Shown one piece after another: positions 34,943-44,571 of a stretch of 64,000 nt of DNA; position 1 is the stretch's first letter; the number at the start of each line of letters is the position of its first letter. The position numbers were made by a program, and so were the translations under genes. This DNA is from Gammaproteobacteria bacterium (GTDB lineage: Bacteria; Pseudomonadota; Gammaproteobacteria; Steroidobacterales; Rariloculaceae), in assembly GCA_036555065.1 (NCBI GenBank), contig DATBLZ010000166.1:9043-73042 (forward strand). The letters run 5' to 3'. A model generated the notes under the pieces. The model made no database searches. It saw nothing but the letters and a program-made list of their open reading frames with translations, and had not been told where the DNA came from.

Positions 34943-37761
34943 GCGGCGGAGCATTGCTCACGTTCATCGTGTTAGCGGGTCTCTGGCCGCCGTGGCCGTT
35001 CGGCCGCGATCGCGACAAAGAGGACATCGAAGGCACGATTAGGGAGCTCGACTCCGTCGCCGTCGAAGTCGACCGCAACGCCACGATCGAGAGCAGCGAA
35101 GCCAAGGCCATGGAAAGCTATCGGCTCTTTCTCGACCTCGCGTCCGAAGACCCGCTGCTCCAAGCCGAGGCCATGCGCCGTCTTGCCGACCTCCAGCTCG
35201 AGACCGGCGAGACCGAGCAGCTGCAGCGGAATCTGCAGGCGCTCGGCGGCAACCTCGGCGGCACGATCGATCTATACACCAAGTTGCTCGAGACCTACCC
35301 CGACTACGCCAAGAACGACCTCGTCCTGTATCAGCTCGCGCGCGCCTACGAGGCGGGCGGTGACAACGAGCACGCGCTCGCCACCCTCGATCGGCTCGTG
35401 ACGGAGTTTCCGCGCACGCCGCATGCCGCCGAGGCCCATTTCCGGCGCGGCGAGATGCTCTTCGTCGATCAGCGGTACGGCGAGGCAGAGGACGCATACG
35501 CACACGTGCTCGCCGGTGGCCCCGATGCGCCGTTCGCGGAGCAGTCGATGTACAAGCTCGGCTGGTCGCTCTTCAAGCAGCTGCGCCACGAGGAAGCCAT
35601 CGATCCGTTCTTCGATCTTCTCGACCGCAAGCTCGCCGCGGACGGTCCGAGTACGGATCCCGCGGCCGTCTATCTCGAGATGGGCCGTGCCGAGCAGGAG
35701 CTCGTCGACGACACGTTGCGCGTCGCGGCGATCAGCTTCTCCTATTTGGACGGTCCGGAGTCGGTCTCCGAGCACTTCCGGGACACAGGCTCGAGACCGT
35801 ATGCGTACATCGTGTACACGAAGCTCGGCGACTTGTATCTCGAGCAAGAGCGATATCAAGACGCGGCCGACGCCTATCACGCGTTCGTCGAGCTCGATCC
35901 GGAGCATGCCAAAGCGCCGCTGCTCCAGGCAGAGGTCATCGAGGCTTACGAGAAAGGCGGTTTTGCCGACCTCGTGCTCGAGGCGAAGCGCGATTTCGTC
36001 GTGGTTTACGGCCCGGGTAGCGCGTATTGGCAGGAGTTCACGTTCGAGCAGCAGCCCGAGGTCGCGGCGGCGCTCAAGACCAATGTCACCGATCTTGCGG
36101 CCTACCACCATGCGCGCGCGCAAGAGTCCGGCGACCCAACCGAATACGCAGAGGCCGCGCGCTGGTATCGCAGCTATCTGCAGTCGTTCCCGGACGATGC
36201 GAATGCGCCGCGCACGAACTTCTTGCTCGGCGAGGTGCTGTACGAGAGCGGCGACTTCCACGGCGCGGCGCTCGAATACGAGCGCACCGCGTACGCGTAT
36301 CCATTCCATGAGAACAGCAGCGAGGCAGGCTACGCCGCGTTGCTCGCCTATTCCGAGCACGAAAAGAAGTTGACCGACGCGGTCGCGCGGGCCGAATGGC
36401 ATCGCGCAGGTATCGAGAGCGCACTGCGCTTTGCCGGCGCCTACCCGGAGCACGAGCAGGCCGCGGCAGTGCAGACCGACGCCGCCGAGAAGCTCTTCGC
36501 GCTCGGCGATTTCGTGCGCGCGCGCGACGTCGCGACGGGCGTGACGCAGCGCGCCGTCCCGCCGAGCAGGGACCTCTTGAGGACTGCCTGGACGGTCGTT
36601 GCGCACTCCGAATTCGATCTCGGCAACTTCGCGAGTGCCGAAACCGCGTACACGACCTTGATTCCGTTCGTGCCGGTCGACGATCCCGAGCGCGGCCAAG
36701 TTACCGAGCGCATCGCTTCGTCGATCTACAAGCAGGGCGAGCAGGCGCGGGCCGCGGGCGATACCTATGGAGCCGTCGGGCACTTTTTACGCGTTGGTGC
36801 CGCAGTGCCGAGCTCGCCGATTCGCCCGACGGCGGAATACGACGCGGCCGCGGCACTGATCCAAGCCGGCGACTGGGGCCGCGCGGCGCAGGTTCTCGAA
36901 GAGTTTCGTGCGCGTTATCCGAACCATGAGCTCGCGGCCGAAGCGACCGCGAGCCTGGCGGTCGCCTACGTGGAGACCGGCGACGGCGTGCGCGCGGCGT
37001 CGGAGTTCGAGCGCATCGCCGAAGGCACGGGCACCGACGACGTGAAGAAGGAAGCGCTGTGGCGCGCGGCCGAGCTCTATGAGAAGGCCGGGCAAGGGCC
37101 CGCTGCGACGGCGACGTTGACGCGGTACGTCGAGCGCTATCCACGCCCGACGGCGCCCGCAATCGAGGCGCAGGAACGGCTCGTGCAACTAGCCGAAGCG
37201 AGCGGCGATTACGGCGCGCGCACACGTTGGATGTTGGCGATCGTCGCGACCGATGCGGCCGCGGGCGAGGAACGTACGGACCGCACGCGTTACCTCGCGG
37301 CCAAGTCGCAGCTCGCGCTCGCCGAGCCCACACGGGAAGCGTTTCGCGGCGCGCGGCTCGTGATCCCGCTCGAGGACAGCCTCAAGATCAAGCGTGAGCG
37401 CATGGAGCTTGCGCTGGCCGCTTATGGGAAGGCGGCCGATTACGGCGTTGCCGAGGTGACGACTGCGGCGACTTATGAGATCGCCGAGATCTATCACCAA
37501 CTGAGCCGCGATCTTTTCGATTCAGAGCGGCCGGCGGAGCTGTCCCAGGAAGAGCTCGAGCAATACGACATCCTGCTCGAGGAGCAGGCATTCCCGTTCG
37601 AGGAGCAAGCGATCGAGGTTCACGAGGTCAACGCGGCACGCACGACCGAAGGCATTTACGACGAGTGGGTCGTCAAGAGCCTTGCGGCGCTCGGCGAGCT
37701 CGTGCCGGTCAGATATGCGAAAGAAGAGATCGGAGAACAATTTGTCAGCGCGATCAGATAA
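34939..37761 (+). CDS. large multi-TPR repeat protein
   Basis: 940 aa with an N-terminal hydrophobic anchor (LLTFIVLAGLWPPW). More than 10 TPR-like units are visible (e.g. YQLARAYEAGGDNEHALATLDRLVTEFP, AHFRRGEMLF, AAEATASLAVAYVETGD). Confidence 0.7.
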   Translation: MSGGALLTFIVLAGLWPPWPFGRDRDKEDIEGTIRELDSVAVEVDRNATIESSEAKAMESYRLFLDLASEDPLLQAEAMRRLADLQLETGETEQLQRNLQALGGNLGGTIDLYTKLLETYPDYAKNDLVLYQLARAYEAGGDNEHALATLDRLVTEFPRTPHAAEAHFRRGEMLFVDQRYGEAEDAYAHVLAGGPDAPFAEQSMYKLGWSLFKQLRHEEAIDPFFDLLDRKLAADGPSTDPAAVYLEMGRAEQELVDDTLRVAAISFSYLDGPESVSEHFRDTGSRPYAYIVYTKLGDLYLEQERYQDAADAYHAFVELDPEHAKAPLLQAEVIEAYEKGGFADLVLEAKRDFVVVYGPGSAYWQEFTFEQQPEVAAALKTNVTDLAAYHHARAQESGDPTEYAEAARWYRSYLQSFPDDANAPRTNFLLGEVLYESGDFHGAALEYERTAYAYPFHENSSEAGYAALLAYSEHEKKLTDAVARAEWHRAGIESALRFAGAYPEHEQAAAVQTDAAEKLFALGDFVRARDVATGVTQRAVPPSRDLLRTAWTVVAHSEFDLGNFASAETAYTTLIPFVPVDDPERGQVTERIASSIYKQGEQARAAGDTYGAVGHFLRVGAAVPSSPIRPTAEYDAAAALIQAGDWGRAAQVLEEFRARYPNHELAAEATASLAVAYVETGDGVRAASEFERIAEGTGTDDVKKEALWRAAELYEKAGQGPAATATLTRYVERYPRPTAPAIEAQERLVQLAEASGDYGARTRWMLAIVATDAAAGEERTDRTRYLAAKSQLALAEPTREAFRGARLVIPLEDSLKIKRERMELALAAYGKAADYGVAEVTTAATYEIAEIYHQLSRDLFDSERPAELSQEELEQYDILLEEQAFPFEEQAIEVHEVNAARTTEGIYDEWVVKSLAALGELVPVRYAKEEIGEQFVSAIR

Positions 37762-37762
37762 C

Positions 37763-38569
37763 GTGCTTTTCGCGACACGCGGCCTGGCGTATGCAGCGCT
37801 CGGCGCGTGCACGCTCCTGCTCGGCGCGTGCGGCGGCAGCACGCCCGTGCAGCCGAGCTCGTCGGCGCGCACGGTCGTAACCCCGGCGCCGACCGAAACC
37901 GCGCCGGCGCAATCGGCCCCGACACGCACCGTGCCGCCGCCGGCGAGCGCGCCGCAAGCGAAGCGCGACGAACCCTCGCGACGCGACGAGCGCCGCGCGC
38001 GTGAGGCTGCGGAAGCTGCGGCCGCGGCCGCCGCAGCGGGCGAGGAGGTGCCGATTCCTGCGGACGTCGCGGCCGCGCACGAGCGCGCCGTGGCCGCAAT
38101 GGCGAGAGGCAATTGGCTCGAAGCAGCAGTCGAGCTCGAGCAGCTCGTGGCCGTGCACACCGAATATCCGGGTCCGTACGTGAACCTCGCGATCATCCAT
38201 ATGCGCGACGGGCGCAACGCCGAAGCGCGTGCGGCTCTGGACAATGCGCTCGCGATCGACGCGACGCACGCGGTGGCGAACAATCAGCTCGGCATGCTGT
38301 TACGCCGCGAGGGCGCATTCGCAGAAGCCGAGGCCGCCTATCGGCGCGCCATCGCGAGGGATCCGCAGTATGCACTCGCTTATTACAACCTCGGTGTGCT
38401 GCTCGATCTTTATTTGCACCGGCCCGAAGAGGCGCTCGAATGCTACGAGGTGTATCAGAGTATGCTGGCCGAGCCGAATCAGACCGTGGGGCGCTGGATC
38501 GTCGATCTGCGCCGGCGGCTCGGCATGACCGAAACCGCGACGCGAGTCGCGAGGGAGACGGGCGGATGA
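37763..38569 (+). CDS. TPR lipoprotein
   Basis: 268 aa from GTG 37763 with lipobox LLLGAC. An Ala/Pro/Arg-rich linker precedes three or four TPR units (AIIHMRDGRNAEARAALDNALAIDATH, AYRRAIARDPQYALAYYNLGVL). Confidence 0.7.
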   Translation: MLFATRGLAYAALGACTLLLGACGGSTPVQPSSSARTVVTPAPTETAPAQSAPTRTVPPPASAPQAKRDEPSRRDERRAREAAEAAAAAAAAGEEVPIPADVAAAHERAVAAMARGNWLEAAVELEQLVAVHTEYPGPYVNLAIIHMRDGRNAEARAALDNALAIDATHAVANNQLGMLLRREGAFAEAEAAYRRAIARDPQYALAYYNLGVLLDLYLHRPEEALECYEVYQSMLAEPNQTVGRWIVDLRRRLGMTETATRVARETGG

Positions 38570-38997
38570 GAGCGATGCTGATATTCGCATGCGCGGTGCT
38601 TGCGGCGAGCTCCGTCGTTGCTCAGGAAAACGAAGCGCCGCAAACGGGCCGTCGACCGCTTGCCGACGTCGCGGACCTCGAGCCGGCCGTCGACGTGAGC
38701 CGAACCCCGGCGACTCCGCCGCCAGCGGCTGCAGCGGCCGCCGAGGCGCCGGCCGTCGTCGCGCGGGCCGGCCGCGGCACCGATACGCTCGATCTGGGAA
38801 CTACGTCAATTACGGGAAATCAGGAATTGCCTAAGGTTCTCTATATCGTGCCCTGGAAGCGGTCCGATTTGGGGGATCACGTGGGACGCCCGGTCAACAC
38901 CTTGCTCGATGAGGTGCTCGAACCGATCGACCCCGAGGTCTTCGAGCGCCATTTGGAGTATTACGAGACCCTTCACGGGGTAAGCGGAGAGGAGTGA
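38566..38997 (+). CDS. small secreted protein of unknown function
   Basis: 143 aa from ATG 38566, with an ATGA overlap on the previous stop. Signal peptide (IFACAVLAASSVVAQ), Ala/Pro linker and a conserved-looking C-terminus (ELPKVLYIVPWKR). Confidence 0.5.
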   Translation: MRAMLIFACAVLAASSVVAQENEAPQTGRRPLADVADLEPAVDVSRTPATPPPAAAAAAEAPAVVARAGRGTDTLDLGTTSITGNQELPKVLYIVPWKRSDLGDHVGRPVNTLLDEVLEPIDPEVFERHLEYYETLHGVSGEE

Positions 38998-39002
38998 TTC
39001 TT

Positions 39003-39692
39003 ATGGATGCCTATGCGACGGTCGTGAGGTTTTTCCAAGAAGGCGGCCTGTTCATGTGGCCGATCGTGATCGTGCTCGCGCTCGGTCTCGGCGTCGCCTT
39101 CGAGCGCTGGGTCTACCTCACGATGACGAGGGCGAACAACAAGCTCCTGTGGAACAAAGTGACGCCGTTCTTGAAGAGCGGCAACTTTGCCGGGGCGATG
39201 CAAGTCACCACGAAATCGAAAGCCGCGATCGCGCAGATCATGACTTACGGCTTGAATCGAGTCCGTTCGGCACGGCGGCGCGAAGACATCGAGCAGGCGA
39301 TGGAAGAGAGCCTCATGGAGGTATTGCCGCGGCTCGAGAAGCGGACCCACTACCTCTCGACGTTCGCGAACTTGGCGACTCTGCTCGGCCTGCTCGGCAC
39401 GATCATCGGCCTCATCAGCGCATTCACGGCCGTCTCGAGCGCGAACCCGGCCGAAAAAGCCGACTTGCTGTCGGCGAGTATCTCGGTCGCGATGAACACG
39501 ACGGCGTTCGGCCTGATCGTCGCCATTCCGCTTCTGCTCATGCACATGCTCCTGCAAGCGAAGACGACCGAGATCATCGACAGCCTCGAGATGGCATCCG
39601 TGAAGTTCTTGAACGCGATTACCGAGCGTGCTCAAGAGTCTCACACGGAGGGTCATGCGCCTCGTTCGAGCGCCAAGGGCGCCGCCGCTTGA
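39003..39692 (+). CDS. exbB: MotA/TolQ/ExbB family proton channel
   Basis: 229 aa with three TM helices. Family signature ATLLGLLGTIIGLISAF...MNTTAFGLIVAIPLLLMH. A GGAGAGGAG RBS lies upstream. Confidence 0.88.
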   Translation: MDAYATVVRFFQEGGLFMWPIVIVLALGLGVAFERWVYLTMTRANNKLLWNKVTPFLKSGNFAGAMQVTTKSKAAIAQIMTYGLNRVRSARRREDIEQAMEESLMEVLPRLEKRTHYLSTFANLATLLGLLGTIIGLISAFTAVSSANPAEKADLLSASISVAMNTTAFGLIVAIPLLLMHMLLQAKTTEIIDSLEMASVKFLNAITERAQESHTEGHAPRSSAKGAAA

Positions 39693-39717
39693 GCAGCGCA
39701 ACCAGACGGGCTGTTCT

Positions 39718-40218
39718 ATGAACGCCTTTCGTAAGCATCGCAAGCGGCACACCGAGGGCGACGAGCTCAACATCACGGCGTTCATGAATCTCATGGTCGC
39801 GCTCGTGCCGTTTCTGCTGATTACGGCCGTGTTCTCGCGACTCACGGTGCTCGAGCTCAATCTGCCGGGCTCCGAGTCCGCGAATCCCGACCAACCGCCC
39901 GAGTTCCAGCTCGAGATCACGGTGCGCGAGAAGCGCATCGAGGTCGCCGACCGCAACGCCGGGCGTCTGAGCCGCATCGAGAACATCGCTTCGGGCTACG
40001 ACCTCGAGAAGCTTAGGGCCTTCCTGCAGCGCGTAAAGCAACAGTTTCCCGATAAGGTCGATGCGACATTGCTCCTCGAGCCCGATATCGAGTACCAGGC
40101 AATCGTCGAGGTCATGGACACGGTCCGTGTCGTCGAGCGCAGAAGCGAAGCGACCAACGCGCTCGTCCAATACGAGCTCTTTCCGGAAATCTCGATCGGC
40201 GACGCGGTGGTGAACTGA
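39718..40218 (+). CDS. exbD: ExbD/TolR family biopolymer transport protein
   Basis: 166 aa from ATG 39718. N-terminal motif LNITAFMNLMVALVPFLLI, one TM helix and a periplasmic domain. Confidence 0.85.
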   Translation: MNAFRKHRKRHTEGDELNITAFMNLMVALVPFLLITAVFSRLTVLELNLPGSESANPDQPPEFQLEITVREKRIEVADRNAGRLSRIENIASGYDLEKLRAFLQRVKQQFPDKVDATLLLEPDIEYQAIVEVMDTVRVVERRSEATNALVQYELFPEISIGDAVVN

Positions 40219-40219
40219 C

Positions 40220-40747
40220 ATGAAGTACAGCGGTCGTGCTGCGCGCATGGAACGTCACCATGCTCGCCACAAGGCGGGCGGCGGTCTTAACCTCGTGTCG
40301 CTCATGGACATTTTCACGATCCTCGTGTTCTTCCTGCTCGTTCATTCGGGCGATGCCGAGGTTCTGCAGAGCTCGACGGACGTGGTGTTGCCCGAATCGA
40401 TCTCGCAGACGAAGCCGCGCGAGACGGTCGTCGTTCTCGTCACGCCCGACGAGGTGCTCGTGCAAGGCGAAGTCGTCGGCCGAGTCGCCGAGATCATGGC
40501 GAGAAACACGCTCATCATTCCGGAGCTGAAAGTCGCGCTTCTGAAACAGAACGATCGCGTCTTGAGTCAAGACGCGCGCGACGACATCGCAAACCGAGAA
40601 GTAACGATTCTCGGCGACAGGGATTTGCCCTATAGCCTGCTCAAGAAAATCATGGCGACCTGCACGGACGCCGACTACGGGCAGCTGTCGCTCGCGGTGA
40701 TGCAGAAGGATCCCGAAGGCGCGCAGTCTGCGGCGGTCGGAGGCTAA
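40220..40747 (+). CDS. exbD: ExbD/TolR family biopolymer transport protein (second paralogue)
   Basis: 175 aa with LNLVSLMDIFTILVFFLLV and a periplasmic domain. Starts 1 nt after the previous stop. Confidence 0.85.
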   Translation: MKYSGRAARMERHHARHKAGGGLNLVSLMDIFTILVFFLLVHSGDAEVLQSSTDVVLPESISQTKPRETVVVLVTPDEVLVQGEVVGRVAEIMARNTLIIPELKVALLKQNDRVLSQDARDDIANREVTILGDRDLPYSLLKKIMATCTDADYGQLSLAVMQKDPEGAQSAAVGG

Positions 40748-40756
40748 CCCACGGCC

Positions 40757-41764
40757 ATGACGACCGCGGTCGCAATGTACCGAGTCTACGATCTCCCGTG
40801 GTCGACCGGCGAGGAGCAGGAGCGCGACTTCAGGCGCAAGCTCACGATCACCGTGGGCACGGTGGCTTTGATCGCGCTGATTCTGTGGTTCTTGCCCGTG
40901 CCGGAGCAGCAAGCGGCCGACGAGGAAATTCCGCAGCGTCTGGCGCGCCTCGTCATGGAGCAGCAGCGGCTGCCGCCGCCGCCACCGCCGCCGGTAGTGA
41001 CTGAGGAGCCCGTGCCCGACGAAATCGTGGAGCCCGAGCCGGTGCCCGTCGTCGAAGAGCGCGCCGAGCCCGAGCCCGAGCCGATCGTCGAGCCTCCGCC
41101 CGTGCCCGTCGATACCGTTCAGCAGGCGCGCGAGCGCGCGAGCGTCGCGGGCCTATTGCCGTTCGCGCAAGAGCTCGCGGCGTTGCGCGACAATGACAGC
41201 CTCGAGCGTCTCGGCCAAGCGGACTTGGTCGACGATCCCGGCGCAGGCGGCTCGGGCGCACCGGGCCCAGGAGCAAGTCCGGTAGCCGAGCGGTCATTGA
41301 TCACGTCGCGCGTCGGCACGTCGAGTGGCGGCATCAACACGGCCGCGCTGAGCCGCAATACCGGCGGCAGCGGTCTTGCAGGCCGGTCGACGACACAAGT
41401 CGAGAGCCCCGTTGCCGAGATCGGCGATGGCGGCGGAGTAGTCGGCGGGTCCGGCGCGGGCGCCGATGCAAGCCCGTCGCGCAGCCGCGAGGAGATCGAG
41501 CGCGTATTCGACCGCAACAAGGGCGCAATCTACGCGTTATACAACCGCGCGTTGCGCGAAAACCCGGCGCTCGAGGGAAAAGTCGTGCTGCGTCTGACGA
41601 TCAGCCCTGCAGGCGTCGTAACGGCATGCGAGATCGTTTCATCCGAGCTAGGCGATCCGGATCTCGAGCAAAAGCTCGTCCAACGCGTGATGCTGTTCCA
41701 ATTCGAAGCCAAAGACGTCGCTACGATCACGACGACGAAGCCGATCGATTTCTTCCCGGCCTAA
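40757..41764 (+). CDS. TonB-like energy transducer with AgmX/PglI-type C-terminal domain
   Basis: 335 aa with N-terminal TM (VGTVALIALILWFL). Pro/Glu-rich spacer (PPPPPPPVVTEEPVPDEIVEPEPVPVVEE...). C-terminal domain IERVFDRNKGAIYALYNRALRENPALEGKVVLRLTISPAGVV. Confidence 0.75.
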   Translation: MTTAVAMYRVYDLPWSTGEEQERDFRRKLTITVGTVALIALILWFLPVPEQQAADEEIPQRLARLVMEQQRLPPPPPPPVVTEEPVPDEIVEPEPVPVVEERAEPEPEPIVEPPPVPVDTVQQARERASVAGLLPFAQELAALRDNDSLERLGQADLVDDPGAGGSGAPGPGASPVAERSLITSRVGTSSGGINTAALSRNTGGSGLAGRSTTQVESPVAEIGDGGGVVGGSGAGADASPSRSREEIERVFDRNKGAIYALYNRALRENPALEGKVVLRLTISPAGVVTACEIVSSELGDPDLEQKLVQRVMLFQFEAKDVATITTTKPIDFFPA

Positions 41765-41790
41765 CTGCGCTGAAGGCATAATTGCGCGCC

Positions 41791-42591
41791 ATGCCGGCGC
41801 GCGACAAATTCCACTTGGAGCTCGAAGATTTCGCGCTCGAGCTCGGCCATACGGCCGGCGGCATTGCGCGCGCATACTTTCGGAACGCTTTCTCCGTTCA
41901 GAATAAAGACGCCGGCGGTTTCGATCCCGTCACGACCGCCGACCGCGCGATCGAGACGGTGCTACGCAAGATGATCAACGAACGTTACCCCGAGCACGGC
42001 ATCGTCGCCGAAGAGGAGGGCAGCGACCGACCGGAATCGCGGTTCACGTGGTTCATCGACCCGATCGACGGCACGCGCTCGTTCATGATGGGCTCGCCGC
42101 TGTGGGGGACGCTCGTAGGACTCACGGAAGCAGGCAAACCGATTTTCGGCTTGCTGAGTCAGCCGTTCCTCGAGGAAGTTTTTTTCGGTGCGCCTTCCGG
42201 GAGCTGGCTCATCACGGGAGCCGGCCGACAGCGCTTGCGCTCGCGGCCTACGCCTACGCTCGCGCAAGCCGCGCTCGCGAGCACGACACCGGATATGTTT
42301 CAGGGCGTCACTGCCGACCGGTTTCACGCGCTCGCGAAGCGGTGCCTCATGTGCCGCTATGGCGGGGACTGCTACAACTACGCGATGCTCGCCGCGGGCT
42401 TCATCGATCTCGTCGTCGAAACCGGCTTGAAGCCATTCGATATCGTCCCCCTTGTTCCGATCCTCGAAGGCGCCGGTTGCGTTGTCACCGATTGGGAGGG
42501 GCACGCGCCGCTCTCGGGCGGTGCCGTCGTAGCCGCAGGCACGCGCGAGCTCCACGCGCAGGCGCTCAGCGTGCTGCAGAGCTCTTCGTAG
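41791..42591 (+). CDS. inositol monophosphatase family protein (possible histidinol-phosphatase HisN)
   Basis: 266 aa. Metal-binding motifs EEEG and WFIDPIDGTRSF, plus WD...G late motif. The start is uncertain (TTG 41782 or ATG 41791). Confidence 0.8.
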   Translation: MPARDKFHLELEDFALELGHTAGGIARAYFRNAFSVQNKDAGGFDPVTTADRAIETVLRKMINERYPEHGIVAEEEGSDRPESRFTWFIDPIDGTRSFMMGSPLWGTLVGLTEAGKPIFGLLSQPFLEEVFFGAPSGSWLITGAGRQRLRSRPTPTLAQAALASTTPDMFQGVTADRFHALAKRCLMCRYGGDCYNYAMLAAGFIDLVVETGLKPFDIVPLVPILEGAGCVVTDWEGHAPLSGGAVVAAGTRELHAQALSVLQSSS

Positions 42592-42620
42592 AAGCGGCGT
42601 CAGCCAGCGACCCCTGCGCC

Positions 42621-43280
42621 GTGCGCCATCAGCTCCTACCAACGGTGGTGTTCGACCTCGACGGCACGTTGGTCGACTCGGATGCGTTTGACGGCGACTT
42701 ATACATTGCAGCCGTCCGTAAGGTGCTCGGCGACGTCGAGCTCGATAGCTCCTGGCAGACATATCGGCACGTCACCGATGCCGGAGTCCTCGCGCAGGTC
42801 GTCGAAGAGGTCGGCGTGGCCGATGCGGACCGGGTTATGGCGGAAGTTCGCAATCTCTTCGGCTCGCTCGTGCAACGCTATCTCACAAGCGGCGGCGCGT
42901 GCGTTGCTATCGCCGGCGCAATAGACGCGCTCGAGCGTTTACAGTCGAGTGGCTACAAAGTCGGCGTGGCGACCGGCGGTTGGGGGCACACGGCCCGAAT
43001 GAAGCTCGAGCGCGCGGGCTTCCCGGCCGAGAGCCTCGTGATCGCGTCGAGTGACGACAGCGCCGATCGCGTCGAGATCATGACGACGTGCCTCCGTCGA
43101 CTCGGCGGGGATTCGAAGCACGCGATCTATGTCGGCGATGGCCTCTGGGATCTGGAAGCGAGCCGCAAGGCCGCCTGGGGTTTTATCGGTGTCGGCGCGA
43201 AACTCCGAGGCCATTGCGAAAACTGGATCGCCGACTTTACCGACGATGCATGGCAGTTGCCGCTGGGCTCGATCAGATAA
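42621..43280 (+). CDS. HAD-superfamily hydrolase
   Basis: About 219 aa from GTG 42621. Motif I VVFDLDGTLVDS, motif III K and motif IV VGDGLWD. The ORF-track start at 42048 overlaps the previous gene. Confidence 0.7.
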   Translation: MRHQLLPTVVFDLDGTLVDSDAFDGDLYIAAVRKVLGDVELDSSWQTYRHVTDAGVLAQVVEEVGVADADRVMAEVRNLFGSLVQRYLTSGGACVAIAGAIDALERLQSSGYKVGVATGGWGHTARMKLERAGFPAESLVIASSDDSADRVEIMTTCLRRLGGDSKHAIYVGDGLWDLEASRKAAWGFIGVGAKLRGHCENWIADFTDDAWQLPLGSIR

Positions 43281-43303
43281 CTGCAGCGGCGAGCCCTCAA
43301 TTG

Positions 43304-44386
43304 CTATAGCAACGAAAGCTGGGGGCTTGCCCCGGCCGGCGGCACGAACCGACTCGTGTCGAGCTCGCGGCGTTCCTTATTGAGCCCGTAGCGGCGACAC
43401 GCCACCTCGAAACGCTTGCGGAAGAGATCCGCATAGATACCCTCACCGCGCATCCGCGAGCCGAAGCGCGGGTCGTTGTCGCGTCCGCCGCGCAGCTCAC
43501 GTACGCGCGCCATCACATGCTCGGCCTTGAGCGGCGCATGCGTTCGCAGCCACTCCTGGAAGAGCGCGTTGACCTCAAAAGGCAGACGCAGCATCACGTA
43601 GCCGGCCGTTTTCGCACCTGCGCCGGCGGCGGCTTCGAGAATGCTCTCGAGCTCGTGATCCGTGAGCACCGGTATCACGGGCGCGACCATGACGCCGACG
43701 GGCACGCCCGCTTCGGTGAGCTTGCGCACGGCGGCGAGCCGGGAGGCCGGGCCAGCCGCGCGCGGCTCGAGCGTGCGTTTGAGCTCGCTGTCGAGCGTCG
43801 TGATGCTGATCGAGACTGCGATCAAATTGCGCTCGGCCATGCTCGCAAGCAGATCGATGTCGCGTGCGATGAGCGCAGCGCCCTTCGTGACGATCGTCGT
43901 CGGATGATTGAGCGCCGACAGCATTTCGAGGATCGCGCGCGTGACGCCGTACTCGCGCTCGATGGGTTGATAAGGATCCGTATTCGTGCCGAGCGCGATC
44001 GGCGAGCATTCGTAACCGGGCGCACCGAGCTCCTTCTTGAGCAATTGTGCCGCGTCCGGCTTGTAGAAGAGCCGCGTCTCGAAGTCGAGGCCCGGCGACA
44101 AGTCGAGATACGCGTGCGTTGGCCGAGAGTAGCAATAAGGGCATCCATGCTCGCAGCCCCTATACGGGTTGATCGACTGCGTGAACGGAATGTCGGGCGA
44201 TTGGTTGCGGGCGATGATGGTGCGCGACGCGTCGGGTTGGACCGTGGTCGCGAGCGGCGGCAAGGGTTCCTCGAGGATCCCCCAGCCGTCATCGTCGGCC
44301 TCGGCGTGGGTGGACGCGAAGCGTCCAGCCGGCTTCGACGCGGCGCCGCGGCCTTTTTGGACGGACTTGCGATCTACGCTGCCCAC
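43304..44386 (-). CDS. radical SAM protein, PA0069 family
   Basis: 360 aa. Cluster motif CEHGCPYCY (CxxxCxxC). N-terminal KGRGAASKPAGRF is typical of this family. Confidence 0.85.
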   Translation of the reverse strand: MGSVDRKSVQKGRGAASKPAGRFASTHAEADDDGWGILEEPLPPLATTVQPDASRTIIARNQSPDIPFTQSINPYRGCEHGCPYCYSRPTHAYLDLSPGLDFETRLFYKPDAAQLLKKELGAPGYECSPIALGTNTDPYQPIEREYGVTRAILEMLSALNHPTTIVTKGAALIARDIDLLASMAERNLIAVSISITTLDSELKRTLEPRAAGPASRLAAVRKLTEAGVPVGVMVAPVIPVLTDHELESILEAAAGAGAKTAGYVMLRLPFEVNALFQEWLRTHAPLKAEHVMARVRELRGGRDNDPRFGSRMRGEGIYADLFRKRFEVACRRYGLNKERRELDTSRFVPPAGASPQLSLL

Positions 44387-44398
44387 GCGCGCAGTGTA

Positions 44399-44418
44399 TA
44401 CTGATTCTATATACAGTA
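44399..44418. promoter_or_regulatory. LexA (SOS) box
   Basis: TACTGATTCTATATACAGTA compares with the gammaproteobacterial consensus TACTG(TA)5CAGTA, with an exact CTG-N10-CAG core. Lies 13 nt upstream of the radical SAM start and in the divergent region towards ORF 44572. Confidence 0.7.
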
Positions 44419-44571
44419 AAACCGTCGGGGAGCGGCCGCTTGCGCGGACCTGCGGGTGGCTCGGCCCGGCTTCCGGCGGCTCACGGACGTGAAGTGGTTA
44501 GCTGCACTTCGGGGCAACCCAGGCTAACATCGCGCGACGTAAGGTCCGTGCATGATCGGGTTTGACAGATC

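Noticed and set aside
40960-41110. Repetitive GAGCCCGAGCC / CCGCCGCC DNA in the TonB-like gene
   Set aside because: It encodes the Pro/Glu-rich periplasmic spacer typical of TonB proteins. It is not an independent tandem-repeat element.
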